DNA of 43,652 nucleotides from Thermodesulfobacteriota bacterium (lineage in GTDB: Bacteria; Desulfobacterota; Desulfobulbia; Desulfobulbales; DAOVYS01): the NCBI GenBank assembly GCA_034659175.1, contig JAYEGR010000049.1:1-43652 (forward strand), written 5' to 3'. The notes under the pieces were generated by a model, which had not been told where the DNA came from, made no database searches, and saw nothing but the letters and a program-made list of their open reading frames with translations. A program made the translations under genes and the position numbers. Within the stretch, counting starts at the first letter, position 1; every line of letters begins with the position of its first letter. Positions 1 to 10,162 of this stretch are shown here, piece after piece.

Positions 1-968
1 TTACCCAGCCGATACTTATCCTGGGGACCGGCGAGATAGCAGAGAATATTGCTGTTGAGATCGAGAACAGGAGAGATTCGGCTTATAAGATAGTCGCTTA
101 TGCAGGCGATGGTGAACCGCGGGTCAATCCTCATCGGGTCCCGGTTGTTCACGATAAAAGCGAGATTCTTCGCGTAGCCTCGGCGAAAAAGGCGGAGAAA
201 ATCATTGTTGCTTTGGACGACAAAAGAGGGAAAATGCCGCTACAACAATTGATTGCCTGTAAGCTCAAGGGGATTTCAATAGTAAAAGGAATCGAATTTT
301 ATGAATCACTGACAGGGAAGATCCTGGTGGAAAAAGTCAATCCAAGCTGGATAGTTTTTTCAGAAGGCTTTAAGCAGGGGCGGAGCATTCAAATAATAAA
401 GCGGGGCGTTGATATCGCGCTGGCGTCCTTTGGCCTGCTGATTACCCTTCCTGTTATCCTGGTAACGTCGGTCATTATCAAACTGGAATCGCCGGGCACG
501 GTTTTTTATACCCAGGACAGGGTTGGTGAAAAAGGGACGATTTTCAAGGTGATAAAATTTCGTTCCATGCGGTCTGATGCTGAAAAAGATGGTCCGGTCT
601 GGGCCTCTGAGCATGACAGCCGTGTAACAAGAGTCGGGAGTGTTATCCGCAGGGTTCGCATAGATGAGATTCCCCAGATGTTGGGTGTGCTTAAAGGTGA
701 CATGAGTTTTGTGGGGCCGCGTCCTGAGAGACCGGTATTTGTGGAGCAGCTGGCCCAAAATATTCCCTATTATTCATTAAGACACAATATTAAGCCCGGA
801 ATTACCGGATGGGCTCAGATATGCTATCCATATGGCGCATCAGAAAAGGATGCATTAAGAAAGCTCGAGTATGACCTTTATTATATTAAAAATATGTCCG
901 TGTGGATGGATATTTCCATCGTTTTTCAGACAATTAAGACCGTGCTGTTTCAAAGAGGGGCGCGGTAA
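1..968 (+). CDS. polyprenyl-phosphate glycosyl-1-phosphate transferase (bacterial sugar transferase family), 5' partial
   Basis: The frame of ORF 213..968 stays open back to the window edge (TQPILILGTGEIAENIAVE...). The C-terminal half has a TM helix (LASFGLLITLPVILV) followed by sugar-transferase motifs KFRSM, DEIPQ, GDMSFVGPRPERP and KPGITGWAQ. Confidence 0.85.
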   Translation, partial: TQPILILGTGEIAENIAVEIENRRDSAYKIVAYAGDGEPRVNPHRVPVVHDKSEILRVASAKKAEKIIVALDDKRGKMPLQQLIACKLKGISIVKGIEFYESLTGKILVEKVNPSWIVFSEGFKQGRSIQIIKRGVDIALASFGLLITLPVILVTSVIIKLESPGTVFYTQDRVGEKGTIFKVIKFRSMRSDAEKDGPVWASEHDSRVTRVGSVIRRVRIDEIPQMLGVLKGDMSFVGPRPERPVFVEQLAQNIPYYSLRHNIKPGITGWAQICYPYGASEKDALRKLEYDLYYIKNMSVWMDISIVFQTIKTVLFQRGAR

Positions 969-1006
969 GGTTCTTAAGGGTTAGCCCAAAAAGAGGTCGA
1001 ATAATT

Positions 1007-2848
1007 ATGTGCGGAATTGTTGGATACATTGGGAAAAGAAGGGTGGTGCCCATCATCCTGGAGGGACTCAAAAGGCTGGAATACCGCGGATATGATTCAG
1101 CGGGAATTGTCTATCTTTTAGATGGCCGGCTTGTGAAGCGCCGTTCTGAAGGAAAGCTTTCAAATCTTGAGGAACTTCTTGAGCAGGAGGGAGAATCCGG
1201 GAGTAATATCGGTCTTGGACATACCCGGTGGGCTACGCATGGAGCGCCCTCAGAGGCAAACGCACATCCCCACAGCGACTGTTCCGGCAATCTGGTTGTG
1301 GTCCACAACGGAATTATTGAGAATTACCATTCCCTGCGGCAGGAGCTTAAAGCCAAAGGCCATATATTTACCTCGGAAACAGACACAGAGGTATTGGCTC
1401 ACCTTATTGAAGACAGCCTGGAAGGTGATCTGGTTGATGCCGTCAAAAAGGCGCTTCATAAAGTGGACGGCTCGTATGGACTGGGTGTGATGTGGACAGG
1501 GCAGCCGGATATGCTGATCGCTGCCCGCTATCAGAGTCCCCTGGTTCTTGGAGTTCATGATTCAGGGGCATGTTTCATGGCTTCCGACATACCCGCGCTT
1601 TTGCCGTATACACGGGAGATCATTTTTCTTGATGACCGGGAAATCGCAACTCTTAAGCTGGGCGATTGGCAGGTCATGGATCTGGACAGCGGCCGGCCGG
1701 TGGAAAAGGATGTCCAGACCATTGAATGGAATGCCGGTATGGCGGAAAAGGCCGGTTATAAGCATTTCATGCTAAAGGAGATCTTTGAGCAGCCCCAGGC
1801 AGTGCTTAATACATTCAGGGGCAGGCTGGAACCTGAAACCGGGCATGTCACTCTTCCCGAAATAGGTTTAAGTAATGCGGAACTGGCTGGTATCAAGCGG
1901 ATATCTCTTGTTGCCTGCGGCACATCATGGCATGCGGCCCTGGTGGCCAAGTACTGGATCGAAAAATGGGCGCGCATTCCGGTTGAAGTGGATATTGCCT
2001 CAGAGTTTCGCTATCGCAGGCTGCTGCTGGACGAGAGTGTCATTGTGATACCGATTTCCCAGTCCGGCGAGACTGCGGACACACTGGCAGGGCTCAGGCT
2101 GGCCAAAGAAATGGGCGCCAGGGTTATCTCTATCTGTAATGTGGTGGGAAGCACGATAACCCGGGAGTCGGACGGTACTATCTATACCCATGCCGGGCCT
2201 GAGATCGGGGTGGCTTCCACCAAGGCATTCACCAGTCAGTTGACAGCCCTTTTCCTGTTGACCCTTTATCTTGCCAGGGTGAGAGACTCAATCTCTTTGG
2301 AAGATCTCATGGCAATGGGAAAGTCTCTTATTGAACTGCCGGCTATGATTGAAAAGGAACTGCCCGGGTTGCAGGATGCGATCGCAGACATTGCGGAAGA
2401 GTATTCAAGAAGCCGCGACTTTCTATATCTCGGCCGAAGTCTGAATTTTCCCATTGCCCTTGAGGGAGCGCTTAAGCTGAAAGAGATATCGTACATACAT
2501 GCTGAAGGGTATGCAGCAGGAGAATTAAAACACGGCCCCATTGCTCTCATTGACCGTGAAATGCCGGTTCTGGCATTGGCGCCAAAGGATTCGGTGTACA
2601 AAAAAGTAATCTCCAACGTGGAAGAGGTCATGGCGCGGAATGGCCGCATGATTATCATTGGAACCAAGGGGGATGACGGATTGAATCGCATATCAAACAA
2701 CCTGATATTCCTTCCGGAAATTCATGAAGAGCTTAATCCGATTCTTTACTCTATACCAGTACAGCTCCTGGCCTATCAGATTGCCAACTTGCGTGGTTGC
2801 GATGTCGATCAGCCCAGAAATCTTGCAAAAAGCGTCACGGTGGAGTAG
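1007..2848 (+). CDS. glmS: glutamine--fructose-6-phosphate aminotransferase
   Basis: 613 aa. N-terminal MCGIVGY (Ntn amidotransferase Cys), two SIS domains, and the characteristic C-terminus DQPRNLAKSVTVE. Confidence 0.97.
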   Translation: MCGIVGYIGKRRVVPIILEGLKRLEYRGYDSAGIVYLLDGRLVKRRSEGKLSNLEELLEQEGESGSNIGLGHTRWATHGAPSEANAHPHSDCSGNLVVVHNGIIENYHSLRQELKAKGHIFTSETDTEVLAHLIEDSLEGDLVDAVKKALHKVDGSYGLGVMWTGQPDMLIAARYQSPLVLGVHDSGACFMASDIPALLPYTREIIFLDDREIATLKLGDWQVMDLDSGRPVEKDVQTIEWNAGMAEKAGYKHFMLKEIFEQPQAVLNTFRGRLEPETGHVTLPEIGLSNAELAGIKRISLVACGTSWHAALVAKYWIEKWARIPVEVDIASEFRYRRLLLDESVIVIPISQSGETADTLAGLRLAKEMGARVISICNVVGSTITRESDGTIYTHAGPEIGVASTKAFTSQLTALFLLTLYLARVRDSISLEDLMAMGKSLIELPAMIEKELPGLQDAIADIAEEYSRSRDFLYLGRSLNFPIALEGALKLKEISYIHAEGYAAGELKHGPIALIDREMPVLALAPKDSVYKKVISNVEEVMARNGRMIIIGTKGDDGLNRISNNLIFLPEIHEELNPILYSIPVQLLAYQIANLRGCDVDQPRNLAKSVTVE

Positions 2849-2862
2849 TTGGGAGGTGATGT

Positions 2863-3819
2863 ATGAAGATTCTTGTTACAGGCGGTGCGGGTTTCATCGG
2901 CTCAAATGTGGTTGACGCATATGTTGATGCCGGCCATGACGTTGTTGTCATGGACAACCTGTTTACGGGTAAGTGGGAGAACGTGAATCCTGCTGCCCGT
3001 TTTTTTCTCATGGATATTCGGTCTGATGAGGTCATAAAGGTCTTTGAAAAAGAAAAATTTGATATTGTAAACCATCACGCGGCCCAGATGTCGGTTCCTG
3101 CGTCGGTCGAGGATCCGATGTTTGATGCTGATGTAAATGTCAGGGGATTTTTGAATCTGCTCGAGGCTTCCAGACAAACCGACCTGAAGAAGGTGATTTT
3201 CATCTCCTCAGGGGGCGCTATCTATGGAGAGGCGGAGGAGTATCCCACTTCAGAGGATTATCCGCCTCAGCCGTTGTCCCCATACGCTGTTACCAAGACG
3301 GTGTCTGAACAGTATCTGGCATTTTATCGCCATCAGTACGGACTTGATTATATGGTGCTGCGTTACGCTAATGTTTATGGGCCGAGGCAGGCGCCGCACG
3401 GCGAGGCAGGCGTGGTGGCGGTGTTCATGGATCGGCTGCTTGCAGGCAGACCGGTTACATTATACCATTTTCCGGATGAACCTGGGGGTATGATCAGGGA
3501 TTACTGTTTTGTGGATGATGTGGTCAAAGCAAATCTCCTTGCACTTGAAAAAGGAAGTTGTGATGCTGTGAATATTGGAACCGGCAGGGAGACCCGGACG
3601 ATTGAACTCTTTGAAATGATCTTTGATGCTGTAAAAGATGTCCGGCCGGATCTGGATAAGGCATTGCGCACGCCTGATAGAGGTTCTGCCAGGCCCGGCG
3701 ACATTTCAAGGAGCTGTCTTGTTGTTGAAAAGGCGGAGAAAGTGATTGGATTCAAGGCAGAACACACACTGGTTGAGGGACTTGAACAGACAATGAAGTG
3801 GCGGGTGGCATGCAAGTGA
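2863..3819 (+). CDS. NAD-dependent epimerase/dehydratase (GalE-like UDP-sugar 4-epimerase, extended SDR)
   Basis: Rossmann motif VTGGAGFIGS, catalytic YAVTK, 318 aa. GGAGG RBS directly upstream. Confidence 0.85.
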   Translation: MKILVTGGAGFIGSNVVDAYVDAGHDVVVMDNLFTGKWENVNPAARFFLMDIRSDEVIKVFEKEKFDIVNHHAAQMSVPASVEDPMFDADVNVRGFLNLLEASRQTDLKKVIFISSGGAIYGEAEEYPTSEDYPPQPLSPYAVTKTVSEQYLAFYRHQYGLDYMVLRYANVYGPRQAPHGEAGVVAVFMDRLLAGRPVTLYHFPDEPGGMIRDYCFVDDVVKANLLALEKGSCDAVNIGTGRETRTIELFEMIFDAVKDVRPDLDKALRTPDRGSARPGDISRSCLVVEKAEKVIGFKAEHTLVEGLEQTMKWRVACK

Positions 3820-3922
3820 AGACCCGCTTTGGGTGCTAACAAACGGTGGACACAGCCCACCCTGCGATCGGTTACTAATTCTCCGGCATTGTGCCTGAGT
3901 AATTCCAAAAGGATTTAAAAAA

Positions 3923-5251
3923 ATGAGCATAACATCTCTTACTATTCTTGAAGACAAGATTGCTGACAAGACACTGTTGCTGGGCGTGATCGGGCTTGGT
4001 TATGTCGGGCTGCCGCTTTGCCTTACCTTTTTGAGAAAGGGGGTGAAGGTGACAGGTTTTGATCTGGACCCGGGCAAGATTGAAAAACTTAAAAAAGGAG
4101 AGAGTTATATCAAGCATATTCCCTCTGATGAACTGACGGGTTTTATGGGGAAAAAACGTTTTGACGCCACAACCCGATTTTCGCGACTGGGGGAGCCTGA
4201 TGCACTGCTTATCTGTGTGCCCACTCCGCTCACAAAAAATAGAGAACCTGACCTGCAATATATTGAGGCCACGGCAAACGCAATAAAAAAGACACTTCGG
4301 CCAGGTCAGCTTGTGATTTTGGAAAGCACTACATATCCGGGCACAACGGTGGAGGTACTTCAGCCTATTTTAGAGGCGGCAGGGCTTCTGGCGGGCAGGG
4401 ATTTTGCCCTGGCCTATTCCCCGGAAAGGGAGGATCCCGGCAATCCAAAATATGCCACAGCCAATATACCGAAGGTGGTGGGCGGCACTGATGAGACATC
4501 TACCCGACTGGCCCGAAAATTATATGAGGCCGCACTCGACGAGGTGATCCCTGTTTCAACGACCCAGATTGCGGAATTGACAAAACTCCTTGAGAATATA
4601 TTTAGAAGCGTCAATATCGCCCTTGTCAACGAGTTAAAGATGTTATGCCACAGGATGGGGATAGATGTATGGGAGGTGATCAAGGCTGCAAGCTCAAAGC
4701 CGTTCGGATACATGCCGTTTTATCCTGGGCCCGGTCTCGGTGGTCACTGCATACCTATTGATCCCTTTTACCTGACTTCAAAGGCCAGGGAGTATGATTT
4801 CCAGACAAAATTTATTGAGCTGGCGGGAGAGGTGAATAGCTCTGTCCCTTATTATGTGATTCAGAGGACCATGGATGCCTTAAATGAAAAAAGTCTCTCT
4901 TTAAAAGGAGCTAAGATACTTCTTTTGGGCATTGCATATAAAAAAGATGTGGATGATCCGAGGGAGTCACCTTCTTTCAAGCTGATGGAACTTTTAATCT
5001 CAAAAGGCGCGGAAGTGATTTATAATGACCCGTATATACCTGAGATCAAACCAAGTCGCCATTATTCGTTTGAGATGAACAGCACCCCATTGACCAAGGA
5101 AAGTCTGGCCTCGGCCGACTGTGTTCTGGTGGCAACGAACCACACGGCCTATGATTATGGTTTCATACTTGAGCATGCAAGACTTATTGTGGATACGCGC
5201 AATGTCTATCCAGGCAAGGCAGGTGCAAATGAAAAAGTAATCCAGGCATAA
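3923..5251 (+). CDS. nucleotide-sugar dehydrogenase (UDP-N-acetyl-D-mannosamine/glucosamine 6-dehydrogenase-like)
   Basis: NAD motif [11 protein letters not shown], catalytic-Cys motif [11 protein letters not shown], 442 aa, typical UDPG/MGDP dehydrogenase layout. Confidence 0.85.
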   Translation: MSITSLTILEDKIADKTLLLGVIGLGYVGLPLCLTFLRKGVKVTGFDLDPGKIEKLKKGESYIKHIPSDELTGFMGKKRFDATTRFSRLGEPDALLICVPTPLTKNREPDLQYIEATANAIKKTLRPGQLVILESTTYPGTTVEVLQPILEAAGLLAGRDFALAYSPEREDPGNPKYATANIPKVVGGTDETSTRLARKLYEAALDEVIPVSTTQIAELTKLLENIFRSVNIALVNELKMLCHRMGIDVWEVIKAASSKPFGYMPFYPGPGLGGHCIPIDPFYLTSKAREYDFQTKFIELAGEVNSSVPYYVIQRTMDALNEKSLSLKGAKILLLGIAYKKDVDDPRESPSFKLMELLISKGAEVIYNDPYIPEIKPSRHYSFEMNSTPLTKESLASADCVLVATNHTAYDYGFILEHARLIVDTRNVYPGKAGANEKVIQA

Positions 5252-5267
5252 GGAGGTGTATTTTTCT

Positions 5268-6284
5268 ATGGAAATCAAAAATATATTAGTTACCGGCGCT
5301 GCCGGCTTTATCGGATTTCATTTATCTAAAAAACTTCTTGAAAACGGAGCCTGTGTAGTCGGGCTGGATAATATGAACGACTATTACGATCCTACTTTGA
5401 AACAGGCCCGTCTTGATCAATTGACACCGGATTCATCGTTTACACATGTTAATATCAACCTTGAGGATCGGGCCGGGATGGAAAATCTCTTTGCCCAATA
5501 CGGTTTTGACGCTGTGGTTAATCTTGCTGCACAGGCAGGGGTTCGTTACTCCCTGGAGAATCCCCATTCCTATGTTGATACTAACATTGTCGGATTTGTC
5601 AATATCCTTGAAGGATGCCGGCATACCGGGGTAAAGCATTTTGTTTTTGCCTCTTCCAGTTCCGTATATGGCGCAAATACAAAAATGCCGTTTTCAGTCC
5701 ACCAGAATGTGGATCACCCGGTTTCTCTTTATGCCGCCTCAAAAAAATCAAACGAATTAATGGCCCACACGTATAGTCATCTGTTCGGTCTCAAGTCCAC
5801 AGGTTTGAGGTTTTTCACGGTCTACGGTCCATGGGGCCGGCCCGACATGGCCCTTTTCTTATTTACAAAGGCCATACTTGAAGACAGGCCGATAGATGTA
5901 TTCAATCACGGTAAAATGAGGCGGGATTTTACCTATATTGATGATATCGTGGAAGGCGTTTACAGGGTTATTTATAAATTGCCTGAGCCTGATCCTGACT
6001 GGAACGGCGATGATCCTGATCCATGTACGAGTTACGCGCCATACCGGATTTACAATATCGGGAACAACCGGCAGGTTGAACTCATGCGCTATATCGAGGT
6101 GCTGGAGGATTGCCTGGGCAAAAAGGCGGAGAAGAATTTTCTGCCTCTTCAGATGGGCGATGTGCCTGCAACCTATGCCGACGTGGATGATCTGGTTCAG
6201 GATATCGATTTTAAGCCTGACACGCCTGTTGAGACAGGGATTCGCCGCTTCACTGAATGGTACCGTTCTTATTATAAGGTATAA
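5268..6284 (+). CDS. NAD-dependent epimerase (UDP-glucuronate 4-epimerase-like)
   Basis: [30 protein letters not shown] prefer the ATG at 5268 ([10 protein letters not shown]), downstream of AGGAGG at 5251-5256, to the GTG at 5256 in the ORF track. Confidence 0.85.
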   Translation: MEIKNILVTGAAGFIGFHLSKKLLENGACVVGLDNMNDYYDPTLKQARLDQLTPDSSFTHVNINLEDRAGMENLFAQYGFDAVVNLAAQAGVRYSLENPHSYVDTNIVGFVNILEGCRHTGVKHFVFASSSSVYGANTKMPFSVHQNVDHPVSLYAASKKSNELMAHTYSHLFGLKSTGLRFFTVYGPWGRPDMALFLFTKAILEDRPIDVFNHGKMRRDFTYIDDIVEGVYRVIYKLPEPDPDWNGDDPDPCTSYAPYRIYNIGNNRQVELMRYIEVLEDCLGKKAEKNFLPLQMGDVPATYADVDDLVQDIDFKPDTPVETGIRRFTEWYRSYYKV

Positions 6285-6286
6285 AT

Positions 6287-7594
6287 ATGAATATAACCAT
6301 GATCGGAACAGGCTATGTGGGACTTGTGACCGGAGCGTGTCTTTCTGAATTCGGCCACAGGGTGATCTGCATGGATAAGGACGTTTCCAAGATTGCTTCA
6401 CTTGCAAAGGGAGAAATCCCTATTTTTGAGCCGGGTCTTGAAAATATTGTTGGGAAAAACGTGAAAGATGGGCGGCTTTTTTTTACTACGGACCTGGCAG
6501 AGGCTGCCGCAGAGTCTGATGCGGTTTTTATCGCCGTTGGAACGCCTGCGACTCGCAGGGGGGACGGCTATGCAAATCTCTCTTTTGTCTATTCCGCGGC
6601 AAGGGAACTGGCCCCCCATTTAAAAGGGTATACCGTTATTATAGACAAAAGCACGGTGCCCGTCGGGACAGCCGGACAGGTTGAGAGAATTGTGAAAGAG
6701 GAGAATCCGGATGCTGATTTTAATATTGTCTCTAATCCGGAATTCCTGCGCGAAGGCGCGGCAATTAATGATTTTATGCGGCCGGACCGCGTGGTTATCG
6801 GCGCTGACTCGGAACGGGCCGTTAAAGTAATGAAAGAGGTGTACGACCCTCTTTACCTTATTTCTACGCCTTTTGTCGAGACCACACTTGAAACTGCCGA
6901 GCTTATAAAATATGCTGCAAACGCATTTCTTGCCATTAAGATCAGTTTTATTAATGAAATGGCAAATATCTGCGAGGCGGTGAATGCAGATGTTATTGCG
7001 CTTGCAAAGGCAGTGGGGCTGGATGGACGAATAGGCGGGAAATTTCTTCATCCCGGGCCTGGTTACGGCGGGTCCTGTTTTCCGAAAGACACTCTTGCCC
7101 TGATGCGGATCGCCCAGGAGAACAGCGTCGCAGCCCGGCTTGTGGAGGCTGCGGTGGAGGTCAACTCCGCCCAGAAGGCAAGAATGGTCAAAAAGATAAG
7201 AGACGCCCTGGGAGGTTCGGAGGCGGGCAAAACCATCGGAATTTTAGGCATGACTTTTAAACCTGAAACAGACGACCTGAGGGATGCGCCCTCATTAACC
7301 ATTCTGCCGGCCCTTGCTGAAAAGGGCGCCAGGCTGCGTGTCCATGATCCTGTGGCCATGGAAGAGGCGTCCGCGATGTTTCCGGAATTCGAGTTTGTTA
7401 AGAATCCGTATGCAGCCTGCGAAGGCGCCGACGCAGTGGTGTTGCTCACGGAATGGAACCAATACAGGGCACTTGATCTCAAATCGATCAGGTCTCTTAT
7501 GAAAAAACCGGTCTTCATTGACTTGCGTAATGTGTATGAACCTCGCAAAATGCTGGAGGCAGGGTTCCATTATATGGGCGTGGGACGACTGTAA
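6287..7594 (+). CDS. ugd: UDP-glucose 6-dehydrogenase
   Basis: MIGTGYVGLV NAD motif, GYGGSCFPKD catalytic Cys, 435 aa. Confidence 0.92.
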   Translation: MNITMIGTGYVGLVTGACLSEFGHRVICMDKDVSKIASLAKGEIPIFEPGLENIVGKNVKDGRLFFTTDLAEAAAESDAVFIAVGTPATRRGDGYANLSFVYSAARELAPHLKGYTVIIDKSTVPVGTAGQVERIVKEENPDADFNIVSNPEFLREGAAINDFMRPDRVVIGADSERAVKVMKEVYDPLYLISTPFVETTLETAELIKYAANAFLAIKISFINEMANICEAVNADVIALAKAVGLDGRIGGKFLHPGPGYGGSCFPKDTLALMRIAQENSVAARLVEAAVEVNSAQKARMVKKIRDALGGSEAGKTIGILGMTFKPETDDLRDAPSLTILPALAEKGARLRVHDPVAMEEASAMFPEFEFVKNPYAACEGADAVVLLTEWNQYRALDLKSIRSLMKKPVFIDLRNVYEPRKMLEAGFHYMGVGRL

Positions 7595-7602
7595 TAAAAC
7601 GT

Positions 7603-7756
7603 GTAAATATTCGGCAGCACTCCACAGGAAGGCGATCAGGCTGCCCAGCATACCTAAGTATAGCTGATCAGCCTGCTCAACCTCCCTGTGAAGCGCTGCC
7701 AAACATTTACAGTTTGGTAGTTTTAGCTATTTTCCGGCATCAAGCCGAATATTTAC
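7603..7756 (+). mobile_element. MITE-like element, family A, copy A1 (short-loop variant)
   Basis: 13-bp terminal inverted repeats GTAAATATTCGGC / GCCGAATATTTAC. Perfect 8-bp direct repeat TAAAACGT at 7595-7602 and 7757-7764. Long internal imperfect hairpin. Near-identical copies at 11784-11960 and 12804-13002. Confidence 0.85.
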
Positions 7757-7791
7757 TAAAACGTCTTGAAATATTCAATGGACAATGTTGG

Positions 7792-9321
7792 ATGAAAAAT
7801 ACTGAAGAGCGCAGGGATACCGAACTTCGCAAAACACGGGATGAGGTCAATCGGCTGGTCAAGAACTGGCGGGCTCTCTTGGACATCATGCCGGAGATGG
7901 TTTTTTTGATACGTGAAGATTATGTCATTGAGTACATGAATCCGTATGCCATCAGCGTGTTTGGTGATCTACGCGATAAATTCTGCTACGATGTGATGTG
8001 CCGGTGCAATTTGAAGAATAAGGAGGCTCAGGTCGCCTGCCCGTTCAAGACTACCTGGTCGGACAAGCATGAAAAGGCGCTATACGAGAAAAGGATCGGC
8101 GAGATTGATGTGGAATACAGTTCCGTGCCGTTTCAGGGATATTTGGACGACAAGCTTGTCATGGTGGTTATGAGGGATGTCACTGACAGGAAGCGGCATG
8201 AACAGGCATTAAAAAACTTTCACAACAATATTGAGGAGGTTCTTCAGCAGAAGATCAGTGAATTAAAGGAGAGTGAAAAGGTTCGGGCTCAACTGTCGCA
8301 GCAGGTACATTCTTTAAGAAATAAGTTAAAGATCGCAGACCAGACGGATGAAATGGTGGGTAACTGCCGGCAGATGCGTGAACTCCGTGAGATGGTGTAT
8401 CAAGTTGCTGATACTGATACCACTATCCTTATCAGCGGTGAAAGCGGCACTGGTAAGGAGCTGGTCGCAAATTTGGTACGGAACCACAGTTCCCGGCGTT
8501 ACAAGCCATTCCTGAAAGTAAACTGCAATGCCATTAATGATAATTTACTGGAAAGTGATCTGTTCGGGTATGAGAAAGGTGCGTTTACCGGCGCTTTTTC
8601 GAGGAAAAAGGGGAAATTCGAGGTCGTTGACAAGGGAACTATTTTTCTGGATGAGATTGGTGACATAAGTCCTAAGATGCAGTCGGCTTTGCTCAGGATT
8701 CTTCAGAACGGCGAGATTATCCGGGTGGGCGGCAATGAACCCATTACGGTAGACGTCAGGGTTATAGCCGCCACAAATGTTGACCTTGCAAGGGCGGTTC
8801 AAGATGGTAAATTCCGTCTTGATCTTTATTATCGGTTAAATATCATAAATATTGTCATTCCCCCCTTAAGAGAGAGGAAGGAGGATATACTCGACCTGAC
8901 TTCTCATTTTATTAAAGTCTACCGTAAGGCCTTTAAAAAGGAGATTGATTTTGTCCCTGATACAATAATTAACCGGTTACTTATGCATGACTGGCCGGGG
9001 AACATTCGAGAACTTGAAAATGTCACCCAGCGGGCTGTGTTGATGGCAAAAAACAACATGATCACGGAACATGATCTTGTATTTGATATCAGCCCGACCG
9101 CTGATTCCCAATCCAACTATCTCTATCAGATTGATGATAAGCTGGCTACGCTGTCATTAAAGGATGTGATCTCTGAGCTTGAACGTGATATAATAGTATT
9201 TTCCTTGAAAAAAAATAACGGAAATGTTCATCAGTCCGCTATCAGTCTCCAGATTGGAAAGACAGCCCTGTATGACAAGATGAAGCGTCACGACATTTCC
9301 GTCAAATCATTGAAGAAGTGA
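7792..9321 (+). CDS. sigma54-dependent transcriptional activator (PAS-like sensor, AAA+ domain, Fis-type HTH)
   Basis: Walker A GESGTGKE, sigma54-contact GAFTGA motif (EKGAFTGAF), ELRE/NIRELEN, C-terminal HTH. The ORF-track start at 7714 lies inside MITE A1, so I use the in-frame ATG at 7792 (MKNTEERR). The start is uncertain. Confidence 0.88.
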   Translation: MKNTEERRDTELRKTRDEVNRLVKNWRALLDIMPEMVFLIREDYVIEYMNPYAISVFGDLRDKFCYDVMCRCNLKNKEAQVACPFKTTWSDKHEKALYEKRIGEIDVEYSSVPFQGYLDDKLVMVVMRDVTDRKRHEQALKNFHNNIEEVLQQKISELKESEKVRAQLSQQVHSLRNKLKIADQTDEMVGNCRQMRELREMVYQVADTDTTILISGESGTGKELVANLVRNHSSRRYKPFLKVNCNAINDNLLESDLFGYEKGAFTGAFSRKKGKFEVVDKGTIFLDEIGDISPKMQSALLRILQNGEIIRVGGNEPITVDVRVIAATNVDLARAVQDGKFRLDLYYRLNIINIVIPPLRERKEDILDLTSHFIKVYRKAFKKEIDFVPDTIINRLLMHDWPGNIRELENVTQRAVLMAKNNMITEHDLVFDISPTADSQSNYLYQIDDKLATLSLKDVISELERDIIVFSLKKNNGNVHQSAISLQIGKTALYDKMKRHDISVKSLKK

Positions 9322-9444
9322 TAGAGGTACAATTTTTGCAGGCTAAAAAAGTGAAAGATTTGAATATATCCGACTCTCTTGCCGGATTTTCGGGAAAAGG
9401 GATAACGTTACATAATAATTTAATTTGGCTGCTTGTGGATTGTC

Positions 9445-10002
9445 ATGAGTAATGTAAATAAACTGCGAAAAATATGTCCGTATACAGGTCAGGGGGAAGG
9501 GCAGGAGTGTAAGATGACGAAGGGGGGGCTTTATATCCCTATGCCGGAGCATATTGAGATGTTCTGTCAAACCCCTAAGTTTGTGGAATGTCATCAGTAT
9601 ATCAGAGGGAGCGAACTGCTTAAGGAAACAGCTCAGAAATACGGATTTATACTTGATGGCAGCCGCAGGCGTTATCGGCGGGTGCTCGACCGTTTCACTG
9701 TATCACTTGCCGTATGTGATGAAAACGGAACCCCTAAAGAAATATTGGATGAGAGTGCCCATACGATCGATATAAGTTTAGGAGGAATGCGGATTGACAG
9801 CTCAAACGATATTGCAGGACGCGGGCTGATTGCATTTGAATTCGGATCTGATTTCATGATGCCCATACTGGAAGGTGTCGGCGAAATCAAGTGGGCCACT
9901 GAAATCAAGGGAAATGGCGGAACAGGGTTTCATGCGGGTGTGGCATTTCTGGACAGCAGGATTTCTCAAGCTATTGGGGCTCACATGGGACTGCCTATGT
10001 AG
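9445..10002 (+). CDS. PilZ domain protein with Cys-rich N-terminal extension
   Basis: PilZ c-di-GMP motifs RRRYRRV (RxxxR) and DISLGGM (DxSxxG). N-terminal C-x10-C...C-x7-C-H. ATG at 9445 preferred to the TTG at 9433. Confidence 0.8.
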   Translation: MSNVNKLRKICPYTGQGEGQECKMTKGGLYIPMPEHIEMFCQTPKFVECHQYIRGSELLKETAQKYGFILDGSRRRYRRVLDRFTVSLAVCDENGTPKEILDESAHTIDISLGGMRIDSSNDIAGRGLIAFEFGSDFMMPILEGVGEIKWATEIKGNGGTGFHAGVAFLDSRISQAIGAHMGLPM

Positions 10003-10162
10003 TCGGTGTTTGCCGATAATCTGTTTTTTCCTGAAATGCGAATATTTGTTCTGAAATCCGGAAAAAATATTAAGCCTGAAAAATAACATATTATCAATGA
10101 GTTATTTTTTTAATCTCTTAACCTGTTTCCGGTTTCCCGAAAAAAATTCTGCCGCGTAAGCG

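Noticed and set aside
7714-7791. N-terminal extension of the sigma54 activator ORF (track start at 7714).
   Set aside because: The extension begins with a non-ATG codon inside MITE A1, and its residues are MITE-encoded. The in-frame ATG at 7792 is more plausible, though its RBS is weak.
10081-10111. Possible intrinsic terminator after the PilZ gene (AAATAAC...GTTATTT followed by a T-run).
   Set aside because: The stem is only 7 AT-rich base pairs with a 13-nt loop. It is not convincing enough to annotate.
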